DNA from: Alphaproteobacteria bacterium
GTDB lineage: Bacteria > Pseudomonadota > Alphaproteobacteria > SP197
Length of the DNA stretch: 64,000 nt
Direction of reading: 5' to 3'
NCBI GenBank assembly: GCA_965242595.1
Contig: OZ251464.1
Coordinates: forward strand, 2,568,021 to 2,632,020
A program made the position numbers and the translations under genes. Position 1 is the first letter of the stretch; each line of letters starts with the position of its first letter. The notes below the pieces were generated by a model that had not been told where the DNA came from, did not search any database, and saw only the letters and a list, made by a program, of their open reading frames with translations. This document shows, piece after piece, positions 47,224-55,659 of this stretch.

Positions 47224-48039
47224 ATGACCACGGCAAAGCGTTTCGCGGGCCGCGTCGCGCTGGTCACCGGCGCCGCCAACGGCATCGGCCGCGCCTGCAT
47301 GGAACGCCTGGCCAGCGAGGGCGCCACAGTGATCGCCCTCGACCGCAAAGCCGGCGAGCTGGAGGCGGCCGCCGCCGCGCTGGTGGGCACAGGCGCGCGG
47401 GTGGTGCCGGCGGTGGCCGATGTCATGGACGAAGACGCCATCCAGACCGCCTTCGCCCGGGCCGACGCCGTGGCCGGCGGACGCCTGGACATCGCGCTCC
47501 ACATCGCCGGCAATTCCGCCTTCGGCCCGGTGGAAAGCCTGGCCAGCGCCGAGTGGGAACGGCTGTGGCGGCTCAACGTGCTCTCCACCGTCATCTGCTG
47601 CCGCCTGGCGGTGGCGCGCATGAAGGCGGCCGGCGGGGCCATCGTCAACATGTCGTCCATCTCCGGCCTGGCGGGCGATCCCGGCTGGGGGGCCTACAAT
47701 TCGGCCAAGGCGGCCATCGCCAATCTCACCCGCTGCCTCGCCTGGGAGGTGGGGCGCTACAACATCCGCGCCAATGCCGTCTGCCCCGGCCCCATCGCCA
47801 CCCGCCGCATGCTGGCATCGCTGGATAGCGCCCCGGACCAGGCGGCGGCCTATCGCCGCTGCAACCCCCTGGGCCGGCTGGGCACGCCGGCCGAATGCGC
47901 CGCCGCCATCTGCTTTCTGGCCAGCGACGAAGCCAGCTTCGTCAACGCCACCACGCTGACGGTGGATGGCGGGCTGACCGGGGCCACCGGCCAGCCGCGC
48001 TTCGATCTCGACGCCTACGCCTTCGACGGCGGCGGCTGA
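47224..48039 (+). CDS. SDR family oxidoreductase
   Basis: ..FAGRVALVTGAANGIGRA.. (TGxxxGxG) ..YNSAKAA.. (YxxxK). The gene is 271 aa. Confidence 0.85.
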   Translation: MTTAKRFAGRVALVTGAANGIGRACMERLASEGATVIALDRKAGELEAAAAALVGTGARVVPAVADVMDEDAIQTAFARADAVAGGRLDIALHIAGNSAFGPVESLASAEWERLWRLNVLSTVICCRLAVARMKAAGGAIVNMSSISGLAGDPGWGAYNSAKAAIANLTRCLAWEVGRYNIRANAVCPGPIATRRMLASLDSAPDQAAAYRRCNPLGRLGTPAECAAAICFLASDEASFVNATTLTVDGGLTGATGQPRFDLDAYAFDGGG

Positions 48040-48074
48040 CCGGCCCGGCGACGGCAAGGCGGCGGGGAGCGCAG

Positions 48075-49757
48075 ATGGCCAAGGGCTACCATCGCGAGGC
48101 GGAGTTCGTCGTCGTCGGCGCCGGCTCGGCCGGTTGCGTGCTGGCGGCCAGGCTTTCGGCCGACGCCAGCTGCCGGGTGGCGGTGCTGGAGGCGGGGCCG
48201 CCCGACCGGGGCCTCAAAAGCTGGCAGCTGCACATGCCCACCGCCCTGGCCCATCCGCTTCGGGACGATACCTGGAACTGGTTCTACCACACCCAGCCCG
48301 AACCCCATTTGAACAACCGGGTTATCCACTGCCCGCGCGGGCGGGTGGTGGGCGGGTCCAGCTCCATCAACGGCATGGCCTATATTCGCGGCCATGCCTT
48401 CGATTACGACCGCTGGGCCCAGGCCGGCTGCCGCGGCTGGTCTTACCGCGAAGTGCTGCCCTATTTCCGCCGCGCCGAGACCTTCGAACACGGCGCCGAT
48501 GCCTATCACGGCGGCGACGGCCCGCTCTTCGTCACCGCCGGCGATACCGGGCGCAATCCGCTCTACCGCGCCTTTATCGCCGCTGGCGTGCAGGCGGGCT
48601 ATGGCGAAAGCATGGACCTCAACGGCCAGCGCCAGGAAGGCCTGGGACGGATGGACCGCACCACCCGCAACGGGCGCCGGTGCAGCGCCGCCGTCGCCTA
48701 TCTGAAGCCGGCGCTGGGCCGGCCCAATCTCACCCTGGAGACCCGCGCCCAGGCCGCGCACATCCTGTTCGAAGGCCGCCGGGCGGTGGGCATCGCCTTC
48801 CAGCGCGGCGGGCGACGGCACACCATCCGCGCCACCCGCGAGGTGATCCTGGCCTCCGGGGCCATCAACTCGCCCCAACTGCTGCTGCTCTCGGGCATCG
48901 GCCCGGCGGACGAGCTGGCCCGGCTGGGCATCGCAGCGCGCCACAACCTGCCCGGCGTCGGGCGCAATCTGCAAGATCATATCGAGGTGTTCGTCCAGCA
49001 ACGCTGCACCCAGCCCATCAGCCTGCTGAAACATCTCACGCCCATCGGGCGGCTCAAAGTGGGGCTGCGCTGGTTTCTGACCCATGACGGGCCGGGGGCC
49101 ACCAATCACATGGAGGCGGGCGGCTTCATCCGCAGCCGGGCGGGGATCGAACACCCCGATATCCAGTATCACTTCATGCCCATGGCGATGACCTACGACG
49201 CCTTCAGCATCAACCGCATCCACGGCTATCAGGCGATGGTGGACATCATGCGCCCGCGCTCGCGCGGCCATGTCAGGCTGAAAAGCGCCGATCCCCGCCA
49301 CCACCCGGAGATCCTGTTCAACTATCTGGCCGAAGAGGAAGACATGCGCACGATGAGGGCCGCCACCAGGCTTACCCGCGAAATCATGGCCCAGCCGGCG
49401 CTGGCCCCCTTCCGCGGCGCCGAGATCTGGCCGGGCGAGGACAGGCAGAGCGACGAGGAGATCGACGACTGGATCCGCGCAACCGCCGAATCCAGCTACC
49501 ACCCCTCCTGCACCTGCCGCATGGGCCCCGCCCACGACCCGGCGGCGGTGGTGGACCCGGAGCTGAAGGTCCACGGCATCGCCGGCCTGCGCGTGGTGGA
49601 CGCCTCGGTCATGCCCGATATCGTCTCCGGCAACCTCAACGCGCCCACCATCATGATCGCCGAAAAGGCGGCCGATGCCATCCTGGGCAAGCCCCCCCTT
49701 CCCGCCTGCGACGCCCCGGTCTGGGCGCACCCCGAATGGGAGACGCGCCAGCGTTAG
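48075..49757 (+). CDS. GMC family oxidoreductase (choline dehydrogenase-like)
   Basis: MAKGYHREAEFVVVGAGSAGCVLAARLSAD..RVAVLEAG.. ..GRVVGGSSSINGMAYIRG.. ..HPSCTCRMG... The ATG at 48075 was checked. Confidence 0.85.
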   Translation: MAKGYHREAEFVVVGAGSAGCVLAARLSADASCRVAVLEAGPPDRGLKSWQLHMPTALAHPLRDDTWNWFYHTQPEPHLNNRVIHCPRGRVVGGSSSINGMAYIRGHAFDYDRWAQAGCRGWSYREVLPYFRRAETFEHGADAYHGGDGPLFVTAGDTGRNPLYRAFIAAGVQAGYGESMDLNGQRQEGLGRMDRTTRNGRRCSAAVAYLKPALGRPNLTLETRAQAAHILFEGRRAVGIAFQRGGRRHTIRATREVILASGAINSPQLLLLSGIGPADELARLGIAARHNLPGVGRNLQDHIEVFVQQRCTQPISLLKHLTPIGRLKVGLRWFLTHDGPGATNHMEAGGFIRSRAGIEHPDIQYHFMPMAMTYDAFSINRIHGYQAMVDIMRPRSRGHVRLKSADPRHHPEILFNYLAEEEDMRTMRAATRLTREIMAQPALAPFRGAEIWPGEDRQSDEEIDDWIRATAESSYHPSCTCRMGPAHDPAAVVDPELKVHGIAGLRVVDASVMPDIVSGNLNAPTIMIAEKAADAILGKPPLPACDAPVWAHPEWETRQR

Positions 49758-49764
49758 GCGGCCG

Positions 49765-50853
49765 TCACCCCGTCCCCAGGGCCTCGAACAGCCAGTCTTG
49801 CAGCGCGGCGATGGGGTGTTCGCTCATGACGCCGCCGGCGGGGTCGATCACCAGCGGGCCGGGCCGGTAAAGGCCGCTTTCCAGGCCGCGCTGCACCGAT
49901 TCCACAATGGCCACATCTTCGGCGACGGTGGTCTCCAGGTCGCGCCGGGCACAGGCGCGGGCGGCCTCCCGCGCCGCCTCGCCCGCGCCCGCATACCAGC
50001 CGCGCCTGACGGTGACGCGGGCGGGCGAGCTGGCCTGCCAGCGATAGCTGTTCAGGATGCCGCCGGGATAGACCTGGAAGGAAACCGTCGGCCACAGGAA
50101 CCATGAGCCGTAGGCGCCGCCCTCGGCCTCTTCCTGCGCTCCGCCCGCCTCCGCCCGGCGCGCCGGCGGGGCGCTGTGGCGCAGGCAGTGGCCTTCCACC
50201 GCCACGTCGTAGCGGTCGGCGTCGATGACGCCGCCGGTCAGCGCCGGGTGGCGCAGCTTGCAGTGGTAGCATTCGTTGTAATTTTCCACCGAAACCTTCC
50301 AGTTGCAGGCCTCTTCGACCACCGTTTCGGTGACGGGCTTCAGCGTGGCGATGCCGGGCAGGAAGGCGGCCAGCCCCGCTTCGGCGCCCGGAAACCATTC
50401 CGCCATGGGCCGGGCCTCCGGGTCCAGATTGACGAAGACGAAGCCGCAGAACAGCTCGGTCCTGGCCTCGCCCAGGCGAATGTCGCCGCCCGCAAAGCCG
50501 CAGGCGCGCCCGGCCCCCGGCGCGGCCACCAGGCGCCCGTCCAGGTCGTAGCGCCAGCCGTGATAGGGGCAGACGATAAAGGGCCGCCGCTCGTCGCCTT
50601 CCACCAGCGCATGGCCGCGATGGCGGCAGACATTGTGGAAGCAGCGCAGCCGCCCTTCCCGGTCGCGCAGCAGGAACAGGCGCGCCCTGCCGACGCTGAA
50701 GGCGTGGGCATCGCCCGGGCGGGCGAGCTGGCTTTCGTGGCAGGCGAACTGCCAGCTGCGGGCGAAGATCGCCTCCTGCTCGCGGCGGAAGATGTCGTCG
50801 TCGATATACCAATGGGCCGCCAGCGCCCGGCGCGCCGTGCCGTTCTCAGCCAT
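49765..50853 (-). CDS. Rieske [2Fe-2S] non-haem-iron oxygenase, alpha subunit (shorter, CntA/GbcA-like size class)
   Basis: MAENGTARRALAAHWYIDDDIFRREQEAIF.. CRHRGHALVEG..CPYHGWRYDLDGRLV ..NYNECYHCKLRHP... The ATG at 50853 overlaps the upstream molybdoenzyme stop by 8 nt. Confidence 0.85.
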   Translation of the reverse strand: MAENGTARRALAAHWYIDDDIFRREQEAIFARSWQFACHESQLARPGDAHAFSVGRARLFLLRDREGRLRCFHNVCRHRGHALVEGDERRPFIVCPYHGWRYDLDGRLVAAPGAGRACGFAGGDIRLGEARTELFCGFVFVNLDPEARPMAEWFPGAEAGLAAFLPGIATLKPVTETVVEEACNWKVSVENYNECYHCKLRHPALTGGVIDADRYDVAVEGHCLRHSAPPARRAEAGGAQEEAEGGAYGSWFLWPTVSFQVYPGGILNSYRWQASSPARVTVRRGWYAGAGEAAREAARACARRDLETTVAEDVAIVESVQRGLESGLYRPGPLVIDPAGGVMSEHPIAALQDWLFEALGTG

Positions 50854-53275
50854 CTTTCCCTTCCTCCCTTTCCCGCCGCGCCTTCGGGGCCGCCCCGCGC
50901 GCGATCGGCGGTGGCTGGCGCCAGCCGGTCGCCGGCGCGGCGCCCTGCCAGCGTTCCACCTCCACCAGGCAGGTCTGGGCGCTGGGGCCCTGGGCCAGGC
51001 GCGAGGTGCCGATATCCAGGGTGAGAACATTGGCGTTGCCGTGGCGGCAGAGCGCGCCGGTTTCGCCGGGCGTGGCCGGATCCCACCAGGCGCCGGTGGC
51101 CATGCGAACCACGCCCGGCCGCATGTGGGCGCCGATGCGGGCGCCGGCCAGGCACGCCCCGCGCCGATTGAACAGGCGGACCACGCAGCCATCTTCGATG
51201 CCGCGGGCGGCGGCATCGCCGGGCGCGATCCACACCGGCTCGCGGTCCGCCACCTTGGCATCCAGGCTGACCCGCCCGTGATCGTACTGGCTGTGCAGGC
51301 GCCGGGCCGGCTGGCACGAGATCAGGTGGAGCGGAAAGCGCCCGGCCGCCGCCGCGCCCAGCCATTCGGCCGGCTCCAGCCAGCGCGGATGGCCGGGGCA
51401 ATCGTCATAGCCGAAGGCGGCCACGGTTTCCGAATAGATCTCGATCCGCCCCGAAGGCGTGGCGAGCGGCGCGCGCTGCGGGTCGGCGCGGAAGGCGGCC
51501 AGGAAGACCCGCTCTTCATCATGTGCAGCACGGGGGCGCGCTGCTGGATCATGTGCGGCGCGGGGGCGTGCCGCTGGCTCCGGCAAGGGCAGGTCGAAGC
51601 GCCCGGCGGCCCAGAAATCGTCGAAGGCGGGCATGGCGATGCCGCGCTCCGCCGCCCGCTGCCGGCCCTGCCGGTATAAGAAGCGCAGCCAGGCCATTTC
51701 GTCCCGGCCCTGGCCGAAGGCCTCGGCAAAGCCCAGCCGCCCCGCCAGGGCCAGAAGGATGGCGTGATCGGAGCGCGCCTGGCCCACCGGCGCCACCGCC
51801 CGATGCATGGCCAGCAGCGTGCCCTCGCGCGACGAGCCGGTGAAATCGTTGCGCTCCAGCGTGGTGGTGGCCGGCAGCACGATGTCGCAATGGCGGGCCA
51901 GCGGGTTCCACCAGCTTTCGTGGCACATGGTGGTTTCGGGCCGCCGCCAGGCCGCAAGCAGGCGGTTCAGATCCTGATGGTGGTGAAAGGGGTTGCCGCC
52001 CGCCCAATAGACCAGGCGAATGTCGGGCAGAACCACACGGCGCCCGTCGTAATCGATGGCGCGCCCGGGGTGGAGCAGCATGTCGGCGATGCGGGCGACC
52101 GGGATGGCCGGGCCTGCCGGATTGGCGCCCTGATCCAGGGCGGGCCAGGAGAAGCTGGCGGTGGCAGCGCCGATGGCATTGACCGAACCGTAGCCGAAGC
52201 CGATGCCGCCGCCGGGCAGGCCGATCTGGCCCAGCATGGCGGCCAGCACCGTGCCCATCCAATAGGGCTGTTCGCCGTGCTGGCCGCGCGTCAGCGACCA
52301 GGCCAGCGCCAGGGTGGTGCGCCGCGCCGCCATCCGCCGCGCCAGCCTGCGCAGCTGGCAGGCGGGCACGTCGCAGATGGCGCCCGCCCAGTCGGCATCC
52401 TTTGCCTGGCCGTCGCCGCTGCCGGTGAGATAGGGCAGAAAGCGTTCGAAACCGGTGCAATAGCGGGCCAGAAAGGCGGCATCGTGCAGGCCCTCGGCAT
52501 AAAGGGTGTGGGCCAGCCCCAGCATGGCCGCCACATCGGTGCCCGGGCGGATGGCGAGCCAGTCGGCGCCGAGCTCGTCCGCCATATCGTCGCGCGAGGG
52601 GCCGATATTGACGAATTCCACCCCGGCCGCGCGGCACCCGGCCAGGCCTTCGCGCTGGCCATGGCGGCCGGTGCCGCCGGCGCTCACCTGGCCGTTGCGC
52701 GCCGGCAGGCCGCCGAAGGCCACCACCAGCTGGCCGTGGCGGGCCACGGTGCGCCAGGCGGTGTGGGCCAGCAGCAGCTCCTGAAACGGCCCCAGCACAT
52801 GGGGCAGCACCACCTCGCCGGCGGCATAGCTGTAGCTGTCGCGGGACGCGGTATAGCCGCCGAACAGATTCATGAAGCGGTGCAGCTGGCTCTGGGCGTG
52901 GTGGAAGCGCCCGGCCGAGGCCCAGCCATAGCTGCCGGCATAGATGGCGCGGTTGCCGTGGGCCCGGCGCACCCGCGCCAGTTCGCCCGCCACCAGGTCC
53001 AGCGCCTCGTCCCAGGGCAGCTCGACGAAGGGCTGGCACCCGCGCCCGCGGCTGTCGCCGCCCGGCCCGTGTTCCAGCCAGCCGGCCCGCACCGCCGGGC
53101 GGCGGATGCGCAGCGGGCCATCCTGCGCGCCGGGCATGGAATCGGCCAGGGGCGAAGGGTCGGGGTCGCCGGCGGCGGGGTGCATGGCAACCACCCGCCC
53201 GGCGCGGACCTCGGCCGCATAGGCACCCCAATGGCTGGCCGTGGGGACCAGGCGGGTGCTGGAGGCGTCGCTCAT
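50846..53275 (-). CDS. molybdopterin-dependent S-/N-oxide reductase (DMSO-reductase family, BisC/TorZ-like), no Tat signal
   Basis: MSDASSTRLVPTASHWGAYAAEVRAGRVVAMHP.. is a BisC-like cytoplasmic N-terminus with no twin-arginine leader. The gene is about 809 aa and has the C-terminal ..NVLTLDIGTSRLAQG.. motif. Confidence 0.8.
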   Translation of the reverse strand: MSDASSTRLVPTASHWGAYAAEVRAGRVVAMHPAAGDPDPSPLADSMPGAQDGPLRIRRPAVRAGWLEHGPGGDSRGRGCQPFVELPWDEALDLVAGELARVRRAHGNRAIYAGSYGWASAGRFHHAQSQLHRFMNLFGGYTASRDSYSYAAGEVVLPHVLGPFQELLLAHTAWRTVARHGQLVVAFGGLPARNGQVSAGGTGRHGQREGLAGCRAAGVEFVNIGPSRDDMADELGADWLAIRPGTDVAAMLGLAHTLYAEGLHDAAFLARYCTGFERFLPYLTGSGDGQAKDADWAGAICDVPACQLRRLARRMAARRTTLALAWSLTRGQHGEQPYWMGTVLAAMLGQIGLPGGGIGFGYGSVNAIGAATASFSWPALDQGANPAGPAIPVARIADMLLHPGRAIDYDGRRVVLPDIRLVYWAGGNPFHHHQDLNRLLAAWRRPETTMCHESWWNPLARHCDIVLPATTTLERNDFTGSSREGTLLAMHRAVAPVGQARSDHAILLALAGRLGFAEAFGQGRDEMAWLRFLYRQGRQRAAERGIAMPAFDDFWAAGRFDLPLPEPAARPRAAHDPAARPRAAHDEERVFLAAFRADPQRAPLATPSGRIEIYSETVAAFGYDDCPGHPRWLEPAEWLGAAAAGRFPLHLISCQPARRLHSQYDHGRVSLDAKVADREPVWIAPGDAAARGIEDGCVVRLFNRRGACLAGARIGAHMRPGVVRMATGAWWDPATPGETGALCRHGNANVLTLDIGTSRLAQGPSAQTCLVEVERWQGAAPATGWRQPPPIARGAAPKARREREEGKDG
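51518..51577 (-). repeat. 2 x 30-bp in-frame tandem duplication inside the molybdoenzyme gene
   Basis: atcatgtgcagcacgggggcgcgctgctgg / atcatgtgcggcgcgggggcgtgccgctgg, with 26 of 30 positions identical by my count. It encodes ..PAARPRAAHD PAARPRAAHD... Confidence 0.85.
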
Positions 53276-53413
53276 GGCCACCTTCTCCCGCAATGTGCGG
53301 ACGCCCGTGCGGGGCGCGCTGCCGGTGTCTCACAGCCGGCGCGGCGGCGCAATGGTGGCGGCGGGCGGGCGTCCTGCTAAAGTCGGGCGGCGCACAGCGC
53401 GGGAGGCGGGGCG

Positions 53414-55045
53414 ATGGCCTACGATTATGTCGTCGTCGGCTCGGGTTCGGCCGGTTCGGTGGTGGCGGCCCGGCTGGGCGAGGATGCCGGCGTCCGGGTG
53501 CTGGTGCTGGAGGCCGGCGGGCCGGATTCCAGCATCATGCGCCGGATTCCGGCGGCGCTGGACTATGCGCTGCGCGACGACCGCTACAACTGGCGCTATC
53601 TGACCGATCCGGAACCCGGCATGGACGGACGGCGCCTGGATTGCCCGCGCGGGCGGGTGATCGGCGGCTCTTCCAGCATCAACGGCATGATGTATATCCG
53701 CGGCCATCCGCTGGATTTCGACGGCTGGGCGGGCAACGCGCTGCCGCAATGGTCCTTTGCCCATTGCCTGCCCTATTTCCGCAAGATGGAAAGCCATGAG
53801 CGCGGCGGCGACGGCTGGCGCGGGCGAGACGGCCCCCTGCGCGTCGCCACCGCCAGCCTGAACAACCCGCTGGACCGCGCCTTTCTGCAGGCGGCGCTGC
53901 AGGCCGGCCACCCCTATAGCGAGGACAACAACGGCTTTCAGCACGAAGGCTTCGGACGGGCCGACGGCAACATTCACCGCGCCCGGCGCTGGAGCGTGGC
54001 CGACGCCTGGCTGCGCCCGGCGATAAGGCGCGGCCAGGTCGAAGCGATCGCGCGGGCGCTGGCGCTGAAGGTGGTTTTCGACGGGCGCCGCGCCGTGGCG
54101 GTGGAATACCGGCACCGGGGCGAGGTCCATCGGGCGGAAGCGGCGCGGGAGGTGATCCTGGCCGGCGGCGCCATCAATTCGCCCCAGCTGCTGCTGCTTT
54201 CCGGGGTGGGCTGCCCCCGCCAGCTGTCCGGGCACGGCATCGCCACCGTGGCCGAAGTGCCGGGGGTGGGATGCAATCTGCAAGACCATCTGGACCTGAA
54301 GGTGCAGGTCCGCTGCACGCGGCCGGTCAGCCTGTGGCCCGCCAGCCGCGGGCTGGGGCGGCTGGCGGCGGGCGCCATGTGGCTGCTGGCCCGGCGCGGC
54401 CCGGCGGCCAGCAATCTGTTTCATGTCGCCGGCTATCTGCGCTCCAGACCGGACGTGGCCTGGCCCAACCTGCAGCTGACCTTCATGGCCCTGGCGACCA
54501 GCTACGACGGCAGCGATATCTGGCCGGGCCATGGCTATCAGGTTCATCTCGATCCCATGCGCCCCACCAGCCGCGGGCGCGTCTGCCTGAAATCGGCCGA
54601 TCCGGCCCAGCCGCCCTCGATCCTTTTCAACTATCTGCAAACCGAAAACGACCGCCGCGAGGTGATCGACGGCCTGCGGCTGACCCGGGAGATCCTGGCC
54701 CAGGAGGCGCTGCGGCCCTATGACGGCGGCGAACTGGCCCCCGGCAAGGACGCACAAAGCGACGCCGACATCCTGGCCTGGGCACGGGCCAGGGGCGAAA
54801 CGGAATATCACCCGGTGGGCAGCTGCCGCATGGGCACCGGCGACGATGCGGTGGTGGATGGCGAGCTGAAGGTCCACGGCACGGAAGGGCTGCGGGTGGT
54901 GGATGCCTCGATCATGCCGGCCATCGTGGCCGCCAACACCCAATGCGCCACCGTCATGATCGCCGAGAAGGCGGCCGACGCCATCCGCGCCCGCCCGCCG
55001 CTGGCCCCGGACCACAGGCCGTTCTATCGCGGCCCGGCAACCTAG
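53414..55045 (+). CDS. GMC family oxidoreductase (choline dehydrogenase-like), second copy
   Basis: MAYDYVVVGSGSAGSVVAARLGEDAGVRVLVLEAGG.. ..GRVIGGSSSINGMMYIRG.. ..HPVGSCRMG... The gene is 543 aa. Confidence 0.85.
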   Translation: MAYDYVVVGSGSAGSVVAARLGEDAGVRVLVLEAGGPDSSIMRRIPAALDYALRDDRYNWRYLTDPEPGMDGRRLDCPRGRVIGGSSSINGMMYIRGHPLDFDGWAGNALPQWSFAHCLPYFRKMESHERGGDGWRGRDGPLRVATASLNNPLDRAFLQAALQAGHPYSEDNNGFQHEGFGRADGNIHRARRWSVADAWLRPAIRRGQVEAIARALALKVVFDGRRAVAVEYRHRGEVHRAEAAREVILAGGAINSPQLLLLSGVGCPRQLSGHGIATVAEVPGVGCNLQDHLDLKVQVRCTRPVSLWPASRGLGRLAAGAMWLLARRGPAASNLFHVAGYLRSRPDVAWPNLQLTFMALATSYDGSDIWPGHGYQVHLDPMRPTSRGRVCLKSADPAQPPSILFNYLQTENDRREVIDGLRLTREILAQEALRPYDGGELAPGKDAQSDADILAWARARGETEYHPVGSCRMGTGDDAVVDGELKVHGTEGLRVVDASIMPAIVAANTQCATVMIAEKAADAIRARPPLAPDHRPFYRGPAT

Positions 55046-55099
55046 CCGGAAGCGGCGGCGGCTGCCGGGCGGGCGCCATGCCTTGGCAGGCGCTGGCGC

Positions 55100-55609
55100 T
55101 CATTGGTCGCCGGTGACCTCGGTGACGAAGAGGATCGCTTCCGGACGCTCGCCGGCCCGGTGCGCGCCGACCCAGACGCTGTAGAAGCCTTCGCCCGCAT
55201 GCTCGACCATCACGGTCGGGCGGCCATCGGCTTGGCCATCGTCGTGCAGCCAGCGGCCGTCGGGGGTCGAGACCAGCAGGGTCGTGGCGGCGGAGGATTG
55301 CACGAAGAGCCTGAGATCGCTCCAGCCACTGGTCCGGTAATGGATGTCGAGGGCGGGCGCGGCGGCGACATAGCCGGCCTGGCCTTCCCCGTGGCAACGG
55401 GCGAGATCGGCCCCGCCGCCGGCCGCGACATGGCTGTGCCAGGGATCGGGCGAAAACCCCTCGTCCAGCCAGGCGCCGCCATGGGAGGCCGGCAGCATCC
55501 TGTCGGGGCACGCGGCTTCCGCGTCGGGCGCCATCCCGGCGGGCTGACATGCCGCCAGGGCGAGAAGCCCTGCGATGGCTGCGGCAAGGGCCGTGCAGGC
55601 CGTTTTCAT
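55100..55609 (-). CDS. hypothetical lipoprotein
   Basis: MKTACTALAAAIAGLLALAAC has a lipobox (LAAC). A strong SD sequence, AAGGAGA, lies 4 nt upstream of the ATG at 55609. The listed ORF start at 55663 would overlap the neighbouring gene. Confidence 0.65.
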   Translation of the reverse strand: MKTACTALAAAIAGLLALAACQPAGMAPDAEAACPDRMLPASHGGAWLDEGFSPDPWHSHVAAGGGADLARCHGEGQAGYVAAAPALDIHYRTSGWSDLRLFVQSSAATTLLVSTPDGRWLHDDGQADGRPTVMVEHAGEGFYSVWVGAHRAGERPEAILFVTEVTGDQ

Positions 55610-55659
55610 CTTCTCTCCTTTGGGGTAATCGCCGCCGCGTCGAAGTCGGCCAGCACCCA

